Virus record (IMG/VR): IMGVR_UViG_3300020437_000004
Span: 60,854-124,853 of that record
Strand: one strand, 5' to 3'
Source of the DNA: a virus
DNA length: 64,000 nucleotides
Part shown: piece by piece, positions 1-8,333 of the stretch
Layout of the letters: every line of letters starts with the position of its first letter
Numbering within the stretch: position 1 is the stretch's first letter
Program-made: the position numbers and the translations under genes
Notes under the pieces: model-generated
Databases searched by the model: none
The model's input: only the letters and a program-made list of their open reading frames with translations
Told to the model about the DNA's origin: nothing

Positions 1-2124
1 GTTTTTGTTAGAGTCCTTGGTAGGTGGCTCTTCTATTGTTTGCTTACGAATAGAATAGAAATGATTATCCATTTCTATGTTGCCAGTGCTTGCTTTATCT
101 ACCCGTGAAATTCTAATCGTCCCGTTACAATCGTCTCCATGTCCATCAAGAAGACAGACAGATTCATTGTCATTGTATATCCTATCAGCAAAATTACTAT
201 TAGCAGAGTGTAGATTCTGGAAAGTAATAGGGTAAGTGCCTGCTGACATGTTGGTAAATCTTTCAGTCTGACTACCTCTCGTGCCTCGACGCTCAAATGT
301 CTTGTTGTCAATAGTAAAACTATCACATGTCACACCTGCAATATTTGGAGAGTCTTTCCATGACCACTCGATAGTGAAGTCACAGTTACCAGAGACTGTA
401 ATACTTTGACCAGAGAATTTTACTTCTGCTGTAGAGAATAGTTTGTCATAATACCTATGTAATTCTTGTGCCTTTTCTTTCTTACCTAGGTATGGATTCA
501 TGGCTGCAGCATCTTCATATGCCCATCCTAAAATTTCTACGAAACCATACCCACCTGCGTTTAAGGTTGCTCTCTCACCATTGCCTGGTGTGTCAGGCTC
601 ACCTGGTTTAATTGTAAGTAGAGTATCTTTTCTAGAGTTGGAATAGTATTTGTATACTGCAACTGATCTATCGTCTTTCTTATTCTTATGTAAGTAGAAG
701 ACAGGTTGATTAGATGTCAGTGTATATCCTGTTGGAGGTGTAGAGGATGTGCCATAGTCATGATTAGTGCCTGCCTTGTTACCTTCCAACACCATGAATG
801 TGACATCAAAACTAGCACTGTCACCAGTAAATGATGCTGTGGTTTCTGTGCCTACAGCAGGTAGGTCACCAGTGTATGTGCAATACCATCTACTATCAAA
901 CTCACCATTGTCATTATATACTTCAACGTTAACAGTGATGTTAGCACTACCAAGAGTAGCACTGTATGTCCTGTTACCTGCAGACGTATAGATTTTATTA
1001 CCGCCAGGATTATCGATCTTACTACCATTCCATGACCCATCATAGTTTGTGGTCACACCTAATAGATTATGCAGACCACTACCATAAGGTTTAAATGCTA
1101 GAGCAGCACCTTTCTGTGTCACATACTCATAGATACCAACTCTATCTGGATAGCAGTTAGCAATACAGAATGACTTGATGTTACCGTTATATCCTCTAGG
1201 GTAGAAGGTAACACAATCCTGTGAAGGTGGTTGCCATGCACCATCAATGTATGGTTTAAACAAACACTCTAGTGCTTCCTCTACACACTTACCCCAGTCA
1301 TCATTTTTCTGCTCAGGTGGACAATAGAATTGCTCTCTTGTATCAGTCCTCTCCCAGTATCCATCACCAATATCTTTAACTAAATTATCTCTTTGCAACT
1401 CCCATATTTTATCACAGTCTTTACCTCCTCCACCGATAGTTGGTGGAAGAATACCTGTGCCAGGTGTAGGTATCTTAATAGGAAATTCTACACACGTACT
1501 AGGATCTGTAGCATACTTCTCACACTCTGGACAGAATGGTAAGTATGGAAACATATCACAGATCATATCGATCGGTGGGTCTACCCTGAGATCAGGTATA
1601 TCAAACGGAGGTAGATCAATATCAGGTTGTCTAATCCCACCATCATCAAGTCCTAGAGGAGGATAACATCTTCCAACCAACTGTCTGATAACTTCCCTAG
1701 GATCTATATCCTCATCAGATGGAGGAAGTGGAGGGGGTGTAGGTAGATCAGGTGACGTGCCTCGCTCAGGACTGTTAGGTATAGGAATAGGACCGTAACA
1801 TCTATTCGCAGGGTTGTCAGCAGGATCATCATAAGTTGGCACACCACTACTAGGAGGTGGCGGTGGTGTGGCGAGTGTGATTCTGACGGGATTAGATGCA
1901 TCCAACGGGTTAGGTTGGAGTGACTCCTGTCTAAACGGACCGTAGCATCTTCCATCAGCACCAATGATGGGATCACTAGGCTGCAGAGTCCCAGCCGCTT
2001 GCCTTGGGTCACTAGGAATATACTGTGTAACATCCCTAGGGTTGGCAGCGTCGAGTGCGTTAGGTTGTAATTGAGGTATCTGTGGTGAATAACTTCCACC
2101 ATAACACCTTGGGTCCGCTGTCAT
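1..2124 (-). CDS. Large Pro/Cys-rich protein, probably virion-associated; 3' end lies outside the window
   Basis: Translated by hand; absent from the track because it runs off the edge. ATG at 2124, read as open to position 1 (708 codons, MTADPRCYGG...EEPPTKDSNKN). Four RCY(G/P) motifs in a Pro-rich N-terminus; later segments resemble DUF5648-type repeats (VAVYKYYS..DTLLT..GYGFVEILGWAY, LHRYY..DNHFYS). Confidence 0.75.
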   Translation of the reverse strand, partial: MTADPRCYGGSYSPQIPQLQPNALDAANPRDVTQYIPSDPRQAAGTLQPSDPIIGADGRCYGPFRQESLQPNPLDASNPVRITLATPPPPPSSGVPTYDDPADNPANRCYGPIPIPNSPERGTSPDLPTPPPLPPSDEDIDPREVIRQLVGRCYPPLGLDDGGIRQPDIDLPPFDIPDLRVDPPIDMICDMFPYLPFCPECEKYATDPSTCVEFPIKIPTPGTGILPPTIGGGGKDCDKIWELQRDNLVKDIGDGYWERTDTREQFYCPPEQKNDDWGKCVEEALECLFKPYIDGAWQPPSQDCVTFYPRGYNGNIKSFCIANCYPDRVGIYEYVTQKGAALAFKPYGSGLHNLLGVTTNYDGSWNGSKIDNPGGNKIYTSAGNRTYSATLGSANITVNVEVYNDNGEFDSRWYCTYTGDLPAVGTETTASFTGDSASFDVTFMVLEGNKAGTNHDYGTSSTPPTGYTLTSNQPVFYLHKNKKDDRSVAVYKYYSNSRKDTLLTIKPGEPDTPGNGERATLNAGGYGFVEILGWAYEDAAAMNPYLGKKEKAQELHRYYDKLFSTAEVKFSGQSITVSGNCDFTIEWSWKDSPNIAGVTCDSFTIDNKTFERRGTRGSQTERFTNMSAGTYPITFQNLHSANSNFADRIYNDNESVCLLDGHGDDCNGTIRISRVDKASTGNIEMDNHFYSIRKQTIEEPPTKDSNKN

Positions 2125-2129
2125 TACAA

Positions 2130-2798
2130 CTAGTTATCTTCTTTGTTATTTATTTCCTCTTCCATAGTCTTGTATGCCCACTCATCTGTGTGTCCAACTG
2201 ACCACCATTTAGGTAGAGTTTCTACAGCATAGTTTTGTGTGCAGACTTTGAAGTCAGGTTGTAGTAGAGCATCATTGTTTACCAAACTGTTGTCAAAGAA
2301 TTGACATCTATTGTTAGGTTGTGCAGCAAACTGTCCATTGTCCAGTGCAATAATATTAAATGTCTTATGCTCAGGATCATGCTCTGAAAAGTTTGTATCC
2401 AATACAGAGAAGTCAGGGTGTGCTGTATCAATAGTGAATTCATATTCACCAGGATGCATCTTCCTATCTTTACCAAAGAAAGAGCAGCGACCAAGGATAG
2501 GTTTCTCAACCACTGTAATATTGTAGTCGAAACAATCCCACAACTCTAGGACATCTAGTGGTAGTTGATTATCTTTATCATAATCTTCCTTCCATACGAA
2601 TGCACTGAGTGGTAACTTGTCAAACAGTGCACCGTAATCAGTCAGTAGGGTCTCAAAGTATAATGCTTTCGCTTGTATACTTCTTACTGAGATCCAAATA
2701 CCAGGTGTGATCTCTCCATGACCCTTCTCTAGGTCATAAAGATACTCTTTCTTTACCCATACCTTTCTTGGAGGTAAGGGGTGGACTAGATAACTCAT
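2130..2798 (-). CDS. Conserved cyanomyovirus hypothetical protein
   Basis: 222-aa ORF in the same strand and operon context as its neighbours; overlaps the upstream gene by 4 nt. Confidence 0.75.
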   Translation of the reverse strand: MSYLVHPLPPRKVWVKKEYLYDLEKGHGEITPGIWISVRSIQAKALYFETLLTDYGALFDKLPLSAFVWKEDYDKDNQLPLDVLELWDCFDYNITVVEKPILGRCSFFGKDRKMHPGEYEFTIDTAHPDFSVLDTNFSEHDPEHKTFNIIALDNGQFAAQPNNRCQFFDNSLVNNDALLQPDFKVCTQNYAVETLPKWWSVGHTDEWAYKTMEEEINNKEDN

Positions 2799-3505
2799 TC
2801 TTTAATGTAATTGTTTTCAATAAGCCACTGCTTAGTGAGTGGAGTGGGTGGATATACTTCCCACATAGGAGTGCCAGATGCACAGACTTCAAGTGCTTCC
2901 TGTGTCATGCCCTCTTCATGACCTGCCCAGAATGCCTCCTTCTCCCATGGGATCGCTTTAGGATTCTGGTAGTATGCTTTTGCTGCCATGTCTGCCCACA
3001 GACCAGGCACATCCTCTTCGGGTTTGATAATAGCAAGTAGTGTATTATCTAGCGTCCCTGCCATACAGTCTTGTGCAGCATGCCAACCCTCATGCCTGAG
3101 GACTGCCATCAAAATATGAGGACGACTAACCCATGCCTCATTCAGATACATATGGTTGCTCACCGTGTGGTATACACCTCTGTGAGCAGGAGGAAAGTAT
3201 CTGGGGGATGCAACGTATACATTGATATCTAATTTATCAAATGCATTTACAATGGCATCAAATTCTGCAGACACTACATCCCAATTCTGATTGGGAAACA
3301 TGTCTCTAATATCATCACTACTCTTTACTTGTGTAATATCTTCTTTGCATTCCTTTAATAGCATACACCCCATCGCATCATATGTAAACCATCCCTTCGT
3401 AATACTATCCTCTCCTGTCCAGTCACTTTTTACAGGTGCTGCTGAAGCACAAGTAGCGACACCTAGTGCGATCCCAACGGTCAATGCTGCAATTAATTTT
3501 TTCAT
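2795..3505 (-). CDS. Signal-peptide protein with HEXXH zincin-like motif
   Basis: N-terminus MKKLIAALTVGIALGVATCASA is signal-peptide-like; contains RHEGWHAAQD. Confidence 0.65.
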   Translation of the reverse strand: MKKLIAALTVGIALGVATCASAAPVKSDWTGEDSITKGWFTYDAMGCMLLKECKEDITQVKSSDDIRDMFPNQNWDVVSAEFDAIVNAFDKLDINVYVASPRYFPPAHRGVYHTVSNHMYLNEAWVSRPHILMAVLRHEGWHAAQDCMAGTLDNTLLAIIKPEEDVPGLWADMAAKAYYQNPKAIPWEKEAFWAGHEEGMTQEALEVCASGTPMWEVYPPTPLTKQWLIENNYIKE

Positions 3506-3538
3506 TTCTTACTCCGCCGTACCTACTAATTATAACAT

Positions 3539-3570
3539 TAAAAAAGAGACCTGTGGAAGCAAGTCTCTTA
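3539..3570 (-). terminator. Intrinsic terminator
   Basis: Minus strand AAGAGAC-ttgcttccacag-GTCTCTT followed by a T tract. Confidence 0.6.
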
Positions 3571-3594
3571 AAAGATACGATAGATTTTATTGGT

Positions 3595-3774
3595 CTAGTA
3601 GTCTAACACCTCCTTACAGATTCGTTTGCACGCTGACCTTGTATCTGTACACTCAACCAAGCACTCGTAGTAATCATCCTCGCGATGATTTTGGTTAGGC
3701 TCAAAAGGATGCCATGCCTCTAGTTGATTGTAAGGTAGTACGTTTTTCATAAGCATTTCCGTTGTCGGACTCAT
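3595..3774 (-). CDS. Small 4-Cys protein (CxxxC...CxxxC), picocyanobacterial-type hypothetical
   Basis: Hand-translated: MSPTTEMLMKNVLPYNQLEAWHPFEPNQNHREDDYYECLVECTDTRSACKRICKEVLDY. Alternative start 3750. TATAAATA late promoter at about 3820. Confidence 0.7.
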   Translation of the reverse strand: MSPTTEMLMKNVLPYNQLEAWHPFEPNQNHREDDYYECLVECTDTRSACKRICKEVLDY

Positions 3775-3819
3775 AACAAAGATGAGTTTGATTCATCTTC
3801 CTACCCTCTAATTCTACTA

Positions 3820-3827
3820 TTATTTAT
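3820..3827 (-). promoter_or_regulatory. T4-type late promoter TATAAATA
   Basis: Exact gp55 consensus, directly after the psbA-region terminator. Confidence 0.65.
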
Positions 3828-3828
3828 A

Positions 3829-3852
3829 AAAAAAGGGGGCATTTCTGCCCCC
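3829..3852 (-). terminator. Intrinsic terminator of the psbA transcript
   Basis: GGGGGCA-GAAA-TGCCCCC followed by a T tract. Confidence 0.75.
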
Positions 3853-3877
3853 GACGTAATAAAAAGAAATGCCTAGT

Positions 3878-3976
3878 TTAAGTTAGGACTGGTCCTAAAG
3901 TGATACCTACAGCAACAAAGAATAAGAATTCAAAGATGGGTAGATAACCTGCATTCTTTAGTAGAAATTGAGTCAT
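3878..3976 (-). CDS. 32-aa single-TM peptide downstream of psbA
   Basis: MTQFLLKNAGYLPIFEFLFFVAVGITLGPVLT; GGAG ribosome-binding site upstream; lies before the terminator. Confidence 0.6.
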   Translation of the reverse strand: MTQFLLKNAGYLPIFEFLFFVAVGITLGPVLT

Positions 3977-4002
3977 TTGACCTTGTGCTCCTCAGGTGTA
4001 AC

Positions 4003-5094
4003 TTAACCGATTGCAGGTGCAGTCAGTGCAACAGGCACGGACTCAGCAGCAGCGAGGTCAAGTGGGAAGTTGTGAGCATTACGCTCGTGCATTACTTCCA
4101 TACCAAGGTTTGCTCTGTTAAGAATGTCACCCCAAGTAGGAATAACTTTACCACCTGCATCAACAACTGACTGGTTAAAGTTGAAACCATTCAAGTTGAA
4201 TGCCATAGTAGAGATACCCATAGCAGTAATCCAGATACAAACAACTGGGAATGCTGCAAGGAAGAAGTGAAGACTTCTAGAGTTATTGAAAGAAGCATAC
4301 TGGAAGATAAGACGACCAAAGTAACCATGAGCAGCTACGATGTTGTATGTTTCTTCTTCTTGTCCAAATTTGTAACCGTAGTTTTGAGACTCTTGCTCAG
4401 TAGTTTCTCTAATAAGAGAAGAAGTAACAAGAGATCCGTGCATTGCACTAAACAAAGATCCACCAAACACACCTGCAACACCAATCATATGGAATGGGTG
4501 CATAAGAATGTTGTGCTCTGCTTGGAATACAAACATGAAGTTGAATGTACCTGCGATGCCAAGAGGCATACCATCAGAGAAAGATCCTTGACCGAAAGGA
4601 TATACTAGGAAAACTGACGCTGCTGCTGCAACTGGTGCAGAGTAAGCAACACAGATCCAAGGTCGCATACCTAGTCTGTAACTAAGTTCCCATTGGCGTC
4701 CCATGTAAGCTGAGATACCGATAAGGAAGTGGAAGATAACGAGTTGATAAGGTCCTCCGTTGTAGAGCCATTCGTCAACTGTTCCTGCTTCCCAGATTGG
4801 GTAGAAGTGTAGTCCGATTGCGTTGCTGCTTGGGACGACTGCTCCTGAGATGATGTTGTTTCCATAGAGTAGAGATCCTGCTACAGGTTCGCGAATACCG
4901 TCGATATCGACGGGAGGGGCTGCAATAAATGCAACGATGAAACATGCTGCTGCAGTGAGCAAGCATGGGATCATGAGCACACCAAACCAACCAACATAAA
5001 GTCTGTTGTTAGTAGATGTAACCCACTGACAGAACTCATCCCATCCAGAGAGGAGTCCACCACGTTGGCGAATGCCAGAGTTGATAGTAGTCAT
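4003..5094 (-). CDS. psbA: Photosystem II D1 protein
   Basis: [53 protein letters not shown]. Start set at MTTINSG (5094); no intron. Confidence 0.99.
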   Translation of the reverse strand: MTTINSGIRQRGGLLSGWDEFCQWVTSTNNRLYVGWFGVLMIPCLLTAAACFIVAFIAAPPVDIDGIREPVAGSLLYGNNIISGAVVPSSNAIGLHFYPIWEAGTVDEWLYNGGPYQLVIFHFLIGISAYMGRQWELSYRLGMRPWICVAYSAPVAAAASVFLVYPFGQGSFSDGMPLGIAGTFNFMFVFQAEHNILMHPFHMIGVAGVFGGSLFSAMHGSLVTSSLIRETTEQESQNYGYKFGQEEETYNIVAAHGYFGRLIFQYASFNNSRSLHFFLAAFPVVCIWITAMGISTMAFNLNGFNFNQSVVDAGGKVIPTWGDILNRANLGMEVMHERNAHNFPLDLAAAESVPVALTAPAIG

Positions 5095-5111
5095 TAATTG
5101 AGAGTTTAAGT

Positions 5112-5201
5112 AATAGTGCAGGGAACACTGAGTATAATATTCCTGTCTCACCCTCAGAGGCAGGTATTAGAGACTTGCTTTACATCCCCATAGGTCTCGG
5201 T
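5112..5201 (-). ncRNA. psbA 5' leader RNA, PhotoRC-II-like
   Basis: ACCGAGACCUAU...GUCUCUAAUACCUGCCUCUGAGGGUGAGACAGGAAU...GUGUUCCCUGCAC directly upstream of psbA; matches my recollection of the PhotoRC-II motif. Confidence 0.6.
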
Positions 5202-5257
5202 TAATGGGATGTTATGTAACGAAACCGTTACATGGTGTTGGGATCAACACGCTTCTT

Positions 5258-5287
5258 AGTATATAGGCTTTTTGGTTATTCTGTCAA
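5258..5287 (-). promoter_or_regulatory. Sigma70-like psbA promoter
   Basis: TTGACA-N18-TATACT on the minus strand. Confidence 0.7.
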
Positions 5288-5560
5288 GGGGTCAGGCAAA
5301 CCTAAAAATTCTTGCCCATACTTGTGATAGCAGTTGATTATCTCCTTGTGGATTTTCTCTTCATGAAAACCCTCTCCTTTTTTCATCTTCTCCAAGTGCT
5401 CTTGGAATAACCCTTGACTGATGTAGAGTGCACAAAATTCATAGACGTCGCGACTCAAGGGAATCTTAGCATAGATAAATGCGTTCAAACAAAACTGGCG
5501 AGCATGCATGTTTCCATCATTGTATCGCCAGTCGGAGGAGATGTCAGTCATCTTCTGCAA
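5276..5560 (-). CDS. Hypothetical protein
   Basis: 94-aa ORF tiling the operon. Confidence 0.6.
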   Translation of the reverse strand: MQKMTDISSDWRYNDGNMHARQFCLNAFIYAKIPLSRDVYEFCALYISQGLFQEHLEKMKKGEGFHEEKIHKEIINCYHKYGQEFLGLPDPLTE

Positions 5561-5714
5561 TCCTTACTACTTGGTTAATGTCTCTACTCATCTTAGCACA
5601 CATGAGTTGACTTAGGTAGTAGAGAAAGTTTGCTTTTGCTTTTGATAGGTTACGGTAGTGGACAAGTGACATCCACTCCTGACCATTCCATACTTCCAGT
5701 TTAAATTTCTTCAC
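5544..5714 (-). CDS. Hypothetical protein
   Basis: Probable GTG start (VKKFKLEVWNG) overlapping the peroxiredoxin stop; track start is likely too long. Confidence 0.5.
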   Translation of the reverse strand: MKKFKLEVWNGQEWMSLVHYRNLSKAKANFLYYLSQLMCAKMSRDINQVVRIAEDD

Positions 5715-6222
5715 CAGTCCTGATCCAGTTGACGACATTCTCTGGATAGGATACCTCATAGGGATCCTCATCCGTGTCATCTACTTTACCAGGTTCTTCA
5801 AAAAGTTTAGTAATCACACCGTCTTCAATGACACATGCGTATCTCCATGAGCGGAGACCAAAACCCTTATCATTTTTGGTGACAAGTTGATTCATAAGTC
5901 CTGTCCACATAGCATTGCCATCAGGGATCAACTTGACCTTTTCAATACCTAACTCTCTCTGCCATGCATTCATTACGAATCCATCGTTAACAGAAATACA
6001 CCAAACCTCATCTACACCTTCCTCTTTGAAGTTGTTATAACATGCTTCGTAGGAAGGGAGTTGAAATTGGGTGCAGGTGGGAGTGAAAGCACCAGGCAGA
6101 GCAAACACTACATGCTTGCCCTTACCTAGTAGATCCACCGAGTTTATTTTGTCAAAACCAAATGCTTTGTCGTTACAATCTTTTTGACGGACGAAGACAA
6201 ATTCGACACTCGGGATATTCAT
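5701..6222 (-). CDS. Peroxiredoxin, PRX5/type II family
   Basis: FALPGAFTPTC peroxidatic-Cys motif, CISVNDGFVMNAW, GFGLRSWRYA. Confidence 0.92.
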   Translation of the reverse strand: MNIPSVEFVFVRQKDCNDKAFGFDKINSVDLLGKGKHVVFALPGAFTPTCTQFQLPSYEACYNNFKEEGVDEVWCISVNDGFVMNAWQRELGIEKVKLIPDGNAMWTGLMNQLVTKNDKGFGLRSWRYACVIEDGVITKLFEEPGKVDDTDEDPYEVSYPENVVNWIRTGEEI

Positions 6223-6251
6223 AATTATTAGTTACGCTATTTTATATAGTA

Positions 6252-6392
6252 TCATGCAAACACAGGAATTCCAACAGTTGCTGTTAGACCTGTGGCAAAC
6301 ATGAATGTAATAAATGGGATGTATTTAACTGACATTGGTCTTTTGTAAACTTCCATTACCTCATGATATGAATTAGACATGAGATCGGACAT
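6252..6392 (-). CDS. 46-aa membrane peptide
   Basis: MSDLMSNSYHEVMEVYKRPMSVKYIPFITFMFATGLTATVGIPVFA; TAATG coupling to the hli stop. Confidence 0.55.
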   Translation of the reverse strand: MSDLMSNSYHEVMEVYKRPMSVKYIPFITFMFATGLTATVGIPVFA

Positions 6393-6526
6393 TAGAAAAT
6401 ACCGAAAAACATATGTCCAGTTAGAATGTCACTTGTTGCTGCTGCAACTAGACCAAGCATTGCTAGTCTACCATTCCAAGTTTCTGCCACTCTCTTCTGT
6501 GGCTCGATTGATTTAGTATTTGTCAT
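6392..6526 (-). CDS. hli: High-light-inducible protein
   Basis: AETWNGRLAMLG chlorophyll-binding motif; start at MTNTKS (6526). Confidence 0.9.
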   Translation of the reverse strand: MTNTKSIEPQKRVAETWNGRLAMLGLVAAATSDILTGHMFFGIF

Positions 6527-6633
6527 TAAAAGATACCAGGAATGATTTGTCCTGTGAATGTGTAAGCACCAACTGCTGCTACGAAACCAAGCATTGCTGC
6601 CCATCCATTAAATCTTTCTGCTTCTGGGGTCAT
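6526..6633 (-). CDS. hli: High-light-inducible protein (35 aa)
   Basis: Hand-translated MTPEAERFNGWAAMLGFVAAVGAYTFTGQIIPGIF; too short for the track. Confidence 0.92.
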   Translation of the reverse strand: MTPEAERFNGWAAMLGFVAAVGAYTFTGQIIPGIF

Positions 6634-6661
6634 GAGTTTGCTCCTATAAGGTTAGTTGTTG

Positions 6662-6862
6662 TTAGATTCCGAAGGCACCAAAAAAGAAGATGCTTCCAGA
6701 GAATGCGTATGAAATTACTCCTGATACAATCCCTAGCATTGCTAGACGACCGTTAAGTAATTCCGCTCTTTCGTTGTGAGTCACGGATACGTCCATTACT
6801 TGCATAGGTGGTTCCTTTGCAAACATGTTTTGCCTTCCGCCTGATTCAGTAGTAATTGTCAT
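6662..6862 (-). CDS. hli: High-light-inducible protein
   Basis: ERAELLNGRLAMLG and TGxxxxFAKEP-like N-terminus. Confidence 0.93.
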   Translation of the reverse strand: MTITTESGGRQNMFAKEPPMQVMDVSVTHNERAELLNGRLAMLGIVSGVISYAFSGSIFFFGAFGI

Positions 6863-6891
6863 GAATAACGTTTGTTAAGTTATGTTACATA

Positions 6892-6921
6892 ATTATATAG
6901 GAAAGATTAAATTTCTGTCAA
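6892..6921 (-). promoter_or_regulatory. Sigma70-like hli promoter
   Basis: TTGACA-N18-TATAAT. Confidence 0.7.
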
Positions 6922-7172
6922 CCCCCAAATGTGATGACATCCGCACCTGCTGCTCCTTGAATAGGCACTTCCCCTGCAGCAACTGGGTAGTTATCAAAAT
7001 CAATGTGGAAACTTTCCACAGGTTTCTGTGTCTCTGCGATTGTCTTCAAACCAAGATAATGTCGCCACAACTCACCAGTGGTCTGGTCATCGACGTCGTT
7101 ATCTAGTGCCCACTTAAAGGCAGTCTTCGCTGCAGCGACAGCATCGTGAAATTCATTAGCGTAAGCCATCAT
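6918..7172 (-). CDS. Hypothetical protein
   Basis: 84-aa ORF with 4-nt overlap to the upstream gene. Confidence 0.65.
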   Translation of the reverse strand: MMAYANEFHDAVAAAKTAFKWALDNDVDDQTTGELWRHYLGLKTIAETQKPVESFHIDFDNYPVAAGEVPIQGAAGADVITFGG

Positions 7173-7435
7173 GCTCCTTGATAAGGTGATACAACAACAT
7201 CCCTACGTCCACCATAGGCAGCGACCTCAGGATCAGGGTCTAACCACTTAGTGTATTCGGGATCTTCGATACAATAGTCCAACTGGATCGAGTTGTCAAG
7301 CTTATACATGGTGTAATAAGTCTTGGTGATCTCGTTGTATTTGAGAATGCGATAGTCAGGCATACCGTTGATCTCTAGTGTGCCACACTCGGCAAAACGG
7401 TATGGGAATCTGTCGAGAATTACTTTTACCTTCAT
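7169..7435 (-). CDS. Conserved cyanophage hypothetical protein
   Basis: 88-aa ORF downstream of a TAGAAT -10 box. Confidence 0.7.
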   Translation of the reverse strand: MKVKVILDRFPYRFAECGTLEINGMPDYRILKYNEITKTYYTMYKLDNSIQLDYCIEDPEYTKWLDPDPEVAAYGGRRDVVVSPYQGA

Positions 7436-7456
7436 GGTGTGTGTGAATCTATATGT

Positions 7457-7512
7457 ATTCTAACGTTATCACACCAAGACTGTGACCTACTAAGGACAGT
7501 TATATAATTGTC
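7457..7512 (-). promoter_or_regulatory. -10 box (TAGAAT) with upstream 7-4-7 palindrome
   Basis: GACAGTT-ATAT-AATTGTC at 7495-7512, 32 nt from the -10 box. Confidence 0.55.
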
Positions 7513-7717
7513 ACCTACGAAGAGTGTTAGCGTGTGTAATCATATACTCTCTGATCCACATCAACTCGTTAAAACATTTCTGATTGTGAGCACACCCACG
7601 AAGTTTAGGGTCTGGCTCGTGGAGAGACTCAATGAAGAGATCAAGTCCTCTATTCCACTTATCATTTTGCGAATCAAGATGTGCTTGATCTCTAGGTAAT
7701 TCGGATCTGTCTAACAT
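7511..7717 (-). CDS. Conserved cyanophage hypothetical protein
   Basis: 68-aa ORF (...LRGCAHNQKCFNELM...). Confidence 0.7.
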   Translation of the reverse strand: MLDRSELPRDQAHLDSQNDKWNRGLDLFIESLHEPDPKLRGCAHNQKCFNELMWIREYMITHANTLRR

Positions 7718-7721
7718 TTGT

Positions 7722-8333
7722 TTATTGGAATGAAAACCATCCTGTGATAATCATCTTCTCCTTAGTATCAGATACCCTTCCTCTATGGAAGTGTGTCCAA
7801 TCTGCTGGCCAGATGACTGTGTATCCTTTTTGTGCGGGGACATACTTATCTTGATGAAACCACTCGGTGCCACCATCAGGGACATCGTTTAGGTATGTCA
7901 TAAAGACAAGGTGTCTATAAACATTACTTGGTAGGCAGTTTGATCTCTCTGTATGCCAGAGTTTAAAACCACCACCCTTAGGATACCATTGTATAGAGAG
8001 TGGCTCGTTGATACGGAAGTTAGATAACTCACAGAAAGGAAATCTATCCATGTATTTCTCTAGGACTTCTTGCAACTCAACAAGATACTTCTCTAGGTGC
8101 ATGACTGCTGCTTGGAATGGGACATGCAGGTCACGAGAATCTTTAAATTCTTTATTTGTTTTTACTTCTCCTGCTTCCATGAGTTGACCTTCAATATAAG
8201 GCAACCACTGTTGATGCCTATAGAAATTTACAACCTCTTGGACTGCATCATCAGAAATAGTAGCACCCCAAATGAAGTCACTATCTTTGGTGCAGATCTT
8301 ATTCTTATAGGTTGTGATCTCAGGATCTAGCAT
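7722..8333 (-). CDS. 2OG-Fe(II) oxygenase, prolyl-4-hydroxylase-like
   Basis: WHTE...LVFMTYLNDV..GGTEW...WPADWTHFHRG. Confidence 0.88.
   Translation of the reverse strand: MLDPEITTYKNKICTKDSDFIWGATISDDAVQEVVNFYRHQQWLPYIEGQLMEAGEVKTNKEFKDSRDLHVPFQAAVMHLEKYLVELQEVLEKYMDRFPFCELSNFRINEPLSIQWYPKGGGFKLWHTERSNCLPSNVYRHLVFMTYLNDVPDGGTEWFHQDKYVPAQKGYTVIWPADWTHFHRGRVSDTKEKMIITGWFSFQ

Noticed and set aside
3595-3774. CP12 call for the 4-Cys peptide
   Set aside because: It lacks the CP12 C-terminal pattern (C..NP...ECR.YD) and the Cys spacing differs.
4003-5151. 382-aa psbA start, a group I intron, or an adjacent psbD or homing endonuclease
   Set aside because: The extra 19 codons lie in the leader RNA, the ORF is uninterrupted, and the neighbours are not psbD or an HNH/F-CphI-like gene.
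5213-5232. ATGTAAC-N6-GTTACAT palindrome upstream of psbA as an NtcA box
   Set aside because: Spacing is GTA-N10-TAC rather than N8. It may still be a hairpin or another operator.
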